Assembly: GCA_964589935.1 (NCBI GenBank)
Contig: CAZPVD010000008.1
Location: forward strand, 48,596-112,595
DNA length: 64,000 nucleotides
From: an uncultured Verrucomicrobiota bacterium
GTDB taxonomy: Bacteria > Verrucomicrobiota > Verrucomicrobiia > Limisphaerales > VHCN01
Direction of reading: 5' to 3'
Under the pieces are notes generated by a model. That model worked only from the letters and a program-made list of their open reading frames with translations. It ran no database searches and had not been told where the DNA came from. Every line of letters begins with the position of its first letter. The stretch's first letter is position 1. Shown one piece after another: positions 9,687 to 17,133 of this stretch. The translations under genes and the position numbers were made by a program.

Positions 9687-10939
9687 CCGACAAACTTCTT
9701 CGCGCAAATCGTCGCGTTGTGGCCGCCGAAGCCGAATGAGTTGTTGAGAATGGCATTGACCTTCAGCTCGCGCGCCGTGTTTGGCACGTAGTCGAGGTCG
9801 CACTGCGGATCGGGATTCTCGTAGTTGATCGTCGGCGGGGCGATGCCCGTCTCGATGGCCTTTGCGCAGAGAACCATTTCCACCACGCCGGCAGCACCAA
9901 GCATGTGGCCGGTCGCGCCCTTCGTTGAACTCACCGCAAGCTTCCTCGCGTGCTCGCCGAAAACTGATTTGACCGCCTGTGTCTCGCACACGTCGCCCTG
10001 CGGCGTGGAGGTGCCGTGGGCGTTGATGTAGGAAATGTCAGACGGATTCAATCCGGCGCTGCGCAGCGCCATTTTCATGCAGCGCGCGGCACCCTCGCCT
10101 TCCGGCGCGGGTGCGGTGATGTGGTTCGCATCGGCGGTGTTTCCGTAGCCGACGATTTCGCAATAAATTTTCGCGCCGCGCTTCTTCGCGTGTTCAAGTT
10201 CTTCGAGCAGCACCACGCCGCCGCCCTCGCCCATCACGAAGCCGTCGCGCTGCGCATCGAACGGGCGCGAGGCGCGCTTGGGTTCGTTGTTGCGGGTGCT
10301 GAGGGCGCGCATCGCCGCGAAGCCGCTCATGCCCAGCGGCACGATGGCCGCCTCCGCGCCGCCTGCAAAAATCGCCTGAGCGTCGCCCATTTTGATCGTG
10401 CGCCACGCCTCGCCGATGGCGTGCGTGCTTGTCGCGCAGGCGGAGCACGTCGCGACATTCGGCCCGCGGAGCTTCTGATACATCGAGAACATGCCCGAGG
10501 CCATGTTCAGGATGAGCATCGGGATCATGAACGGCGACACGCGGCCGGGGCCTTTGTTCAGCAAAACTTTGTGCTGTTCTTCCGTCGTGGAAAGTCCGCC
10601 GATGCCGGAGCCGATGAAGCAGCCGATCTCGTCGCGGTTGCACTTGTCGAGGTCAATGCCGGAGTTCTTCAGCGCCTGCCAGCCCGCATAGACGCCGAAC
10701 TGTGTGAAGCGGTCCGTGCGGCGCACGTCTTTCGGTGTAGGGAACGCGGGCGTCGGATCGAAGTTCTTCACCTCCGCCGCGATCTGGCAGTCGTAGCCGC
10801 TGATGTCGAAGAGCGTGACGCGGTCAATGCCGCACTGTCCCGCAATGATATTCTTCCAAAACGTGTCCGCGTCGTGGCCGAGCGAGGAAACCACGCCCAG
10901 CCCCGTGACAACGACCCTGCGTTCGGACCAGTTTGCCAT
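9683..10939 (-). CDS. fabF: 3-oxoacyl-ACP synthase II
   Basis: RRVVVTGLG, active-site SACAT, YINAHGTSTP, KGATGHMLGAAG, NSFGFGGHN. Confidence 0.96.
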   Translation of the reverse strand: MANWSERRVVVTGLGVVSSLGHDADTFWKNIIAGQCGIDRVTLFDISGYDCQIAAEVKNFDPTPAFPTPKDVRRTDRFTQFGVYAGWQALKNSGIDLDKCNRDEIGCFIGSGIGGLSTTEEQHKVLLNKGPGRVSPFMIPMLILNMASGMFSMYQKLRGPNVATCSACATSTHAIGEAWRTIKMGDAQAIFAGGAEAAIVPLGMSGFAAMRALSTRNNEPKRASRPFDAQRDGFVMGEGGGVVLLEELEHAKKRGAKIYCEIVGYGNTADANHITAPAPEGEGAARCMKMALRSAGLNPSDISYINAHGTSTPQGDVCETQAVKSVFGEHARKLAVSSTKGATGHMLGAAGVVEMVLCAKAIETGIAPPTINYENPDPQCDLDYVPNTARELKVNAILNNSFGFGGHNATICAKKFVG

Positions 10940-10949
10940 AAATACAATC

Positions 10950-10984
10950 GGGGCAGCTCGTGCTGGCGTCAGCCGGGCTGCCCC
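10950..10984 (-). terminator. Stem-loop between acpP and fabF (partial terminator or stabiliser)
   Basis: GGGGCAGC/GCTGCCCC outer stem with inner GCTG/CAGC; followed on the minus strand by GATTGTATTT. Confidence 0.5.
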
Positions 10985-11001
10985 TCAAAATTGCGCGCGG
11001 C

Positions 11002-11244
11002 CTACTTGGATTTCTCTTCGATGTATTTGATGACATCGCCGACGCTCTGGAGCTTCTCGGCGTCCTCGTCCGGCACTTCGATGCCGAACTCCTCCTCGAG
11101 CGCCATGACCAGCTCGACCGTGTCGAGCGAGTCCGCACCGAGGTCCTCGATGAACTTGGCGTCGGGCGTGACCTGGTCTTCCTTCACGCTCAGGTTTTCG
11201 ACGATGATTCCCTTGACCCGCTGTTCGATGGTTTTGTCGGCCAT
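11002..11244 (-). CDS. acpP: Acyl carrier protein
   Basis: [20 protein letters not shown] phosphopantetheine motif; 80 aa, acidic. Confidence 0.97.
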   Translation of the reverse strand: MADKTIEQRVKGIIVENLSVKEDQVTPDAKFIEDLGADSLDTVELVMALEEEFGIEVPDEDAEKLQSVGDVIKYIEEKSK

Positions 11245-11336
11245 GTTTCGTTTGTTTTTCTGGTTCTCTATGCGACGCGCTTGGGGGCGTCAAGCCCCGA
11301 AAGGTGAAGTTTTTTTCAGCCACGTCAACTGCGGAA

Positions 11337-11349
11337 TTGCATCATGCAA
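11337..11349. promoter_or_regulatory. Perfect palindrome TTGCAT-C-ATGCAA upstream of acpP (candidate operator)
   Basis: 6-1-6 inverted repeat between the fabG stop and a minus-strand TTGACG box upstream of acpP. Confidence 0.3.
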
Positions 11350-11382
11350 AACTTCTGCGAATTCGCCCCGATTCCCGCTGCT

Positions 11383-12126
11383 TCACATCACCATCCCGCC
11401 GTCCACCGTCAGCACCTGCCCGGTGATGTAACGCGCCGCCGGCGACGCGAGGAACGCCGCCGCGTGCGCGATGTCGTCCACGTGGCCGAGCGCGCCGAGC
11501 GGAATCTGTTTCAACAGCTCCGCCTTCATGTCGTCCTTGATCACGGCGGTCATGTCCGTCTCGATGAAGCCCGGCGCGATGGCGTTGACCGTGATGCCGC
11601 GAGAGGCCAGCTCCTTCGCCGCCGACTTCGTGAAGCCGATGAGCGCGGCCTTGCTCGCGGCGTAATTGCACTGGCCCGCGTTGCCGATCAGGCCGATGAC
11701 CGACGCGATGTTGATGATGCGGCCCGCGCGCTGCTTCAGGAAACTGCGCGCGAACGCCTTTGTGAAGAGGAACGCGCCCTTGAGGTTCGTGTCGAGCACC
11801 GTGTCCCAATCCTCGTCGCTCATGCGCATGAGCAGGCCGTCGCGCGTGACGCCGGCGTTGTTCACGAGGATGTCCACCTTGCCGCAATCCTTGAGAATTG
11901 CCTCGGCGGCGGCGGCGACCGATGCGGAATTGGAAACATCCACCGCGTGCGCCCATGCGCGGCGGCCGAGCGCGCGGACCTCGGCGGCGACCTTCTCGGA
12001 ATTCTCCGCCGTGCGTGAAACGCACACGACATCCGCGCCCTCGGCGGCAAATCTCAGCGCGATACCGCGTCCGATGCCGCGCCCGGCACCGGTGACGACG
12101 GCGATTTGATTGGCGAGTGAACTCAT
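11383..12126 (-). CDS. fabG: 3-oxoacyl-ACP reductase
   Basis: VTGAGRGIG, LVNNAGVTRD, YAASK (YxxxK), LTVDGGM; ATG at 12126. Confidence 0.96.
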   Translation of the reverse strand: MSSLANQIAVVTGAGRGIGRGIALRFAAEGADVVCVSRTAENSEKVAAEVRALGRRAWAHAVDVSNSASVAAAAEAILKDCGKVDILVNNAGVTRDGLLMRMSDEDWDTVLDTNLKGAFLFTKAFARSFLKQRAGRIINIASVIGLIGNAGQCNYAASKAALIGFTKSAAKELASRGITVNAIAPGFIETDMTAVIKDDMKAELLKQIPLGALGHVDDIAHAAAFLASPAARYITGQVLTVDGGMVM

Positions 12127-12175
12127 AAGCTCAACGAGTGTCTGGCAGAATTGAAAAGATGAACAGAAATTTTCA

Positions 12176-12265
12176 GCCACGGATTGAACACGGAAGAAAC
12201 ACGGAACTGATCAACGCTAAAGAATCCGTGTTCAATCCGTGTTCAATCCGTGTTTCATCCGTGGC
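12176..12265. repeat. Palindromic element of 11-bp ACACGGA-N4 modules (3 forward, 4 inverted)
   Basis: gccacgga-ttga-acacgga-agaa-acacgga (12176-12205) faces tccgtgt-tcaa-tccgtgt-tcaa-tccgtgt-ttca-tccgtggc (12225-12265); overlaps the fabD stop. Confidence 0.85.
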
Positions 12266-13187
12266 CGAGAGCGTTGACCGTTGCTTCGAGGCTCGGCGCA
12301 TCGGCGACGTTGAGCATCTGCGCGGTCTTATCAATGCGCTTCATAAAGCCGCTCAAGGCCGTGCCCGGCCCCAGCTCGATGAAGCGCGTGAAGCCTTGCG
12401 CGAGCAGATGGCGCATGGACTCCTCCCAGCGGACGGACGCCGTGACCTGCTCGACGAGCCGCTGGTGAATCTCACCGCACGTGCCGTGCGGCTGCGCCGT
12501 GACGTTCGCGATGACCGGCACAGCGGGAAGATTCAGCGGAATCGCCGCGAGAGCGTCGCGCAGTTTCGGCTGCGCGCTCGCCATGAGCCGCGAGTGATAC
12601 GCGCCGGCAACCGATAGCGGCAGCGCGCGCTTCGCGCCGCGCGCTTTCGCGAGTTCGCACGCCTTCGCGATTTTTTCGGCTTCACCGGAAATGACGAGCT
12701 GGCCGGGACAGTTGAGGTTCGCGAGCTCCACGCCAGCTTCGGCGCAGACTGCGCGCGTCGGCGCTTCATCGAGGCCGATGATCGCGGCCATGCCGCCCTT
12801 CGTGACTTCGCACGCCTCCTGCATGAAGCGCCCGCGCTGGCGGACGACCTTCAAGCCATCCTCAAAACTCATCACGCCCGCCGCGGTGAGCGCGGTGAAC
12901 TCCCCGAGTGAAAGCCCGGCGGTCGCGTCGAACTTCAGCGAGGGCGAGCGCTCCTTAAGCAGTTGAAAGGCGACCCAGCTCACGAGGAAAATGCCCGGCT
13001 GGGCGTTCTCGGTTTTGGTGAGTTCAGCCTCGGGGCCGTTGAAGCACACGCCCGCCAGATCATAGCCGAGCGCGGCGTTGGCGCGGTCGAACAGCGCGCG
13101 TGCCGTTGGAAATTGTTCGGCCAAGTCCTTCCCCATGCCGACGACCTGCGCGCCCTGGCCCGCAAACAACAAAGCAGTCTTGCTCAT
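12255..13187 (-). CDS. fabD: Malonyl-CoA:ACP transacylase
   Basis: LFAGQGAQ, GLSLGEF (GxSxG), LANLNCPGQ, AGAYHSRLM, FIELGPG. Confidence 0.96.
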   Translation of the reverse strand: MSKTALLFAGQGAQVVGMGKDLAEQFPTARALFDRANAALGYDLAGVCFNGPEAELTKTENAQPGIFLVSWVAFQLLKERSPSLKFDATAGLSLGEFTALTAAGVMSFEDGLKVVRQRGRFMQEACEVTKGGMAAIIGLDEAPTRAVCAEAGVELANLNCPGQLVISGEAEKIAKACELAKARGAKRALPLSVAGAYHSRLMASAQPKLRDALAAIPLNLPAVPVIANVTAQPHGTCGEIHQRLVEQVTASVRWEESMRHLLAQGFTRFIELGPGTALSGFMKRIDKTAQMLNVADAPSLEATVNALGHG

Positions 13188-13241
13188 AAGCGGCGGGGAA
13201 TAGACACGAACGGCGGGCGGGTGAAAAGCGCGAAATGCCGG

Positions 13242-14228
13242 CTATTTGCGCGCATCCGGCCGTTTGCACTTGAACAGCGTGGGCCGCGTGTCGCGCGAAT
13301 CCTTCCAACGACCGCGACCGTTGTTGTCGGTGACGAGCCAAAACCAGTCGCGGTCAACGGCGAGACCCTCCATTGCGCCGGAAGACGGGCGTGGCGTGTA
13401 GACGACCTCAGGCGCGCGTTCCATCGAAGCGTAATCATATTCCGCAAGCACGCGCTTCGTCTCCGGGTTCACACGCAGCACGCAATGGTGGTCGCGACAC
13501 AACACCCACAGTTCACCGTCGAACCAGCTCAAGTCCGAGTAATGCGCGTCACGCGCCCGGCTGGCCGAAGGCTTCACGATGAAATCATCCAACACTTTCA
13601 GCGTCGCCAAATCCACGACGATGATGATGCCCTGCTGCCGCTCATTTGCGACGTAGAGTTTGCCGTTGCCGATGGCCACGCCCTCGAAGGACGCGTTGAG
13701 ATCGGTCGGGTGGAAATATTTCGAGACCGGCGACCAGTCAATGTTCAAGCGTTCGAGTGTTTCGTTCTTCGGGTCGAAGCGCAAAATCCATCGGTTTGCC
13801 TCCTCACAAACGTAGAGCCGGCCCTGCTCGTCGCGCGCGATGCCTTCGCAGTCATAACGATGAATCTTCTCGCTCGAAAAAGGCGCGAGTTGGTCGGGCG
13901 TGAATGCGTTGCGCAAGCGGAGGAGTTCCGCGACATTCGTGCCTTTCAGAAACTCAATTCGCCAAATGCCCGGCGCGCGGTCGTTCACCGTGAGCAAGCC
14001 GCCGTCTGGCAGAAGCACCAAGCCCGACGCGTCAAAGCGCTGGTCGTTCGGCAGGTTGAGCAGCCACCATTGCTCGGCGCGCAACGTGAAGTATTCCGGT
14101 TGCGATGCGGAAGGCTCGGCGACATCAGCTTTCGCGGGCGAAGCAGATCGCGGCGGCGTCTGAGCAGCGGCAACGTGCGCAACGCCGCACGCGGCGAGCA
14201 TCAACGCGAGGAGCCTTCCCTGACGCAT
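13242..14228 (-). CDS. Secreted beta-propeller protein (SdiA-regulated/phytase-like)
   Basis: Signal peptide; repeated blade motifs DASGL, CEGIA, FEGVA, YSDLS, MEGLA. Confidence 0.65.
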   Translation of the reverse strand: MRQGRLLALMLAACGVAHVAAAQTPPRSASPAKADVAEPSASQPEYFTLRAEQWWLLNLPNDQRFDASGLVLLPDGGLLTVNDRAPGIWRIEFLKGTNVAELLRLRNAFTPDQLAPFSSEKIHRYDCEGIARDEQGRLYVCEEANRWILRFDPKNETLERLNIDWSPVSKYFHPTDLNASFEGVAIGNGKLYVANERQQGIIIVVDLATLKVLDDFIVKPSASRARDAHYSDLSWFDGELWVLCRDHHCVLRVNPETKRVLAEYDYASMERAPEVVYTPRPSSGAMEGLAVDRDWFWLVTDNNGRGRWKDSRDTRPTLFKCKRPDARK

Positions 14229-14234
14229 GATGGC

Positions 14235-14262
14235 GTTCTAGCAAACGGCGCGGCAAAGGCAA
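14235..14262 (-). promoter_or_regulatory. sigma70-type promoter, likely leaderless (TTGCCT-N16-TAGAAC-N6-ATG)
   Basis: -35 at 14257-14262, -10 at 14235-14240, 6 nt before the ATG at 14228. Confidence 0.45.
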
Positions 14263-14415
14263 GCACGGCCTCATTCGACTTGGCGCGAGTGACGCTTCAC
14301 GTTTCAATCCCGTCCCGCGAGCCATCCGATTGCACCCATGCCGTGATTGTTCATTGCCAATCCCCGATGGCGGATTGAAACTCACGCAAGCTTTCCAGAA
14401 ACGGCAATTGTCATT

Positions 14416-15903
14416 TTGCAAGCGGCGACGCCCACACACTACCTTGCGGTTGACCTCGGCGCTGAAAGCGGCCGGGTGATGCTCGGCTCCCTCCGCAACG
14501 ACCGGCTCGCCGTCGAGGAGCTTCACCGCTTTCCAAACATTCCGCTCAAAACCGATGCCGGCCTGCACTGGGACGTGCCCGCGCTGTTCGACGGCGTGAA
14601 GGAGGGCTTGAAAAAGGCCGCCGCGCTCGGCGAACCCATCGCGAGCGTGAGCTGCGACTCGTGGGGCCTCGATTGCGTGCTGCTGGACGAGCGCGAGCAG
14701 ATCATCCCGCCGACCTTTCACTACCGCGACGCGCGCACCGAGCGCGGCGTCAAGACGCTGCTCGCGAAAGTGCCGTGGGAAACCGTGTTCGCCGAGACGG
14801 GCATCCAGTTCATGCCCATCAACACGCTGTTCCATCTCGCCGCGGAATCGCCGGAGCGGCTCGCGCGTGTGGCGAAGGTGCTGCCCATCGGTGACGCATT
14901 CAACTGGATGCTTTGCGGTGCGGCGCGCGCCGAGATTTCACTCGCCAGCACCACACAGCTCTACAATCCGCACACGCGCGACTGGTCGCCGTTGCTGCTG
15001 GAAGCCGTCGGGCTTTGCTCGGAAAAATTTCCTCAGCTCGTGCCACCCGGCACGCGGCTCGGACGATTGTTGCCGGAGATTTCGAGCGAAACCGGCCTCG
15101 GCCCGATCGAAGTCATCGCAACGTGCTCGCACGACACTGGCGCGGCCGTCGCCGCTGTTCCCGCGTCGGTCAACTCCGAGCCTCCGTCATGGGCTTACTT
15201 GAGTTCGGGCACGTGGTCATTGATGGGTGTTGAAATTGCCGTGCCCGTCATCACGGACCGCAGCCGCAAACTGAACTTCACCAATGAAATCGGCTTCGCC
15301 AGTTCCGTGCGCCTGCTCAAAAACATCAGCGGCCTCTGGCTCGTGCAGGAATGCCGCCGCGCGTGGACGGGCACGGGGCAGGACTTCGATTACGGCACGC
15401 TGACGGCGCTCGCCTCGGCCGCACCGCCGTTCACCGCGCTCATCAACCCGGCCGACGCGCGCTTCCTCGCGCCGGAAAACATGCCAGCCACCGTCGCGGA
15501 ATTCTGCCGTGAAACGGGCCAGATCGAGCCGCGCACGCCCGGCGCGTTCGTTCGCTGCGCGCTCGAAAGCCTCGCTCTGCTTTACCGCCGCACGCTGCGG
15601 CAGATCGAGGAGCTTCTTGGAGCGCGCATCGAGCGCCTGCACATCGTCGGCGGCGGGAGCAGGAACGCACTGCTGAACCAGTTCGCCGCGAGCGCCTGCG
15701 GCGTGCCTGTGTTTGCCGGCCCCGTCGAGGCCACCGCCATCGGGAACATTCTTGTGCAAGCCATCGCGCTTGGGCAGTTGCCATCGCTCGCCGCCGCGCG
15801 CGAGGTCGTCCGCAATTCAACCGCCATGCAAATATTTCGTCCGTGTGACATGGAGAAGTGGAACGAAGCGGCCGTCCGCTTTGAAAAATTCTTCGGCACG
15901 TGA
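14416..15903 (+). CDS. FGGY-family sugar kinase (rhamnulokinase-like)
   Basis: YLAVDLGAESGRV, CDSWGLD, FHYRDART, TGIQFMPINT, CSHDTGAA, LSSGTWSL, IVGGGS, GPVEATAIGN; start uncertain (TTG 14416 chosen; ORF opens at 14347). Confidence 0.88.
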   Translation: MQAATPTHYLAVDLGAESGRVMLGSLRNDRLAVEELHRFPNIPLKTDAGLHWDVPALFDGVKEGLKKAAALGEPIASVSCDSWGLDCVLLDEREQIIPPTFHYRDARTERGVKTLLAKVPWETVFAETGIQFMPINTLFHLAAESPERLARVAKVLPIGDAFNWMLCGAARAEISLASTTQLYNPHTRDWSPLLLEAVGLCSEKFPQLVPPGTRLGRLLPEISSETGLGPIEVIATCSHDTGAAVAAVPASVNSEPPSWAYLSSGTWSLMGVEIAVPVITDRSRKLNFTNEIGFASSVRLLKNISGLWLVQECRRAWTGTGQDFDYGTLTALASAAPPFTALINPADARFLAPENMPATVAEFCRETGQIEPRTPGAFVRCALESLALLYRRTLRQIEELLGARIERLHIVGGGSRNALLNQFAASACGVPVFAGPVEATAIGNILVQAIALGQLPSLAAAREVVRNSTAMQIFRPCDMEKWNEAAVRFEKFFGT

Positions 15904-17072
15904 GCGCAGCAAGCCGCTCGATTATCGTCGTCGGCGCCGGCATGTTCGGCGTCACCGCCGCGCTCGAACTGCGCCGCCGCGGCTGGCGCGTGACGCTGCT
16001 CGATCCCGGCCCGATTCCGCGCACGACCGCCGCCTCGACCGACATCAGCAAGGTCGTGCGCGCGGACTACGGCAGTGACGAACTCTACACCGCACTTGGC
16101 GAAGCGAGCCTCGCTGGCTGGCACTTGTGGAACCGCCAGTGGGGCGAAAAACTTTACCACGAGGACGGCTTTCTCGTGATGCGCCGCGATGCAATGCAGC
16201 CGGGCGGCTTCGAGCACGAAAGTTTTTCAACGCTGGAGAAGCGCGGCTTTCCGTTGCGCCGCGTCAACTCCGCCGTGCTGCGAGAAGCTTTCCCGGCGTG
16301 GGCGGCAGAGAGGTTCCCCGACGGCTACTTGAACTCGCGCGCGGGCTGGGCTGAAAGCGGCAACGTCGTCGCGCGTCTCGCCATCGAGGCGAAGGCAAGC
16401 GGCGTGAACGTGCGTGAAGGCGCAGGCTTTGCGCGCTTGATCGAGCACGGCTCGCGCGTTGTTGGAGTGACGACTTCAAACGGCGAAGAGTTTCGCGCGG
16501 ACTTCGTGCTCGTCGCCGCCGGCGCGTGGACGCCGACGTTGCTGCCGCATCTTGCCACGGTGATTTGGGCAACCGCCCAGCCCGTGTTTCACTTCAAAGT
16601 CGCCAACCCCGACGAGTGGCAGTCGCCGCGCTTTCCCGTGTGGGCCGCGGACATCTCACGCACCGGCTGGTATGGCTTCCCTGCTCTCGCAAATGGCACG
16701 CTCAAGGTCGCGAATCACGGCCCGGGCCGCCGCGTGCAACCCGACGAGCCGCCGGTGGTGTGGTCCGGCGAGGAGGAGCGCTTCCGCAATTTTTTGCATG
16801 ACACATTTCCCGTGCTGGCCGACGCACCGCTGCTCGCGAGCAAAACCTGCCTCTACTGCGATTCGTTCGACGGGCATTTCTGGATTGACCACGATGCGCA
16901 GCGTGAAGGTCTCGTCGTCGCGGCCGGAGACAGCGGGCATGCATTCAAGTTTGCGCCGGTGATGGGCGGCCTCATCGCGGATGTCGTGGAACGAAAACCG
17001 AATGCGTTCACCGCGCGCTTCGCATGGCGTGAAAAAAGTTCCATTGCCAAGGATGCCGCGCGGGCCAGATGA
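15900..17072 (+). CDS. FAD-dependent amine oxidase (sarcosine/pipecolate/fructosyl-amine oxidase family)
   Basis: IIVVGAGMFG Rossmann motif, STDISKVVRADY, GDSGHAFKF; GTGA overlap with the kinase. Confidence 0.85.
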   Translation: MSAASRSIIVVGAGMFGVTAALELRRRGWRVTLLDPGPIPRTTAASTDISKVVRADYGSDELYTALGEASLAGWHLWNRQWGEKLYHEDGFLVMRRDAMQPGGFEHESFSTLEKRGFPLRRVNSAVLREAFPAWAAERFPDGYLNSRAGWAESGNVVARLAIEAKASGVNVREGAGFARLIEHGSRVVGVTTSNGEEFRADFVLVAAGAWTPTLLPHLATVIWATAQPVFHFKVANPDEWQSPRFPVWAADISRTGWYGFPALANGTLKVANHGPGRRVQPDEPPVVWSGEEERFRNFLHDTFPVLADAPLLASKTCLYCDSFDGHFWIDHDAQREGLVVAAGDSGHAFKFAPVMGGLIADVVERKPNAFTARFAWREKSSIAKDAARAR

Positions 17073-17133
17073 CCGCTGCTTTTTGTTGGCCTGCAATGCG
17101 TGTGAAAGGTAAAAACTGGGAGAACGACCAGAC

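Noticed and set aside
11313-12181. 12-nt direct match TTTTCAGCCACG on both sides of fabG (11313-11324 and 12170-12181)
   Set aside because: Too short and low in complexity to call a target-site duplication, and fabG is a core gene; probably chance.
12176-12265. CRISPR-like array
   Set aside because: Units are only 11 bp, arranged as an inverted pair, with no unique spacers and no cas genes in the window.
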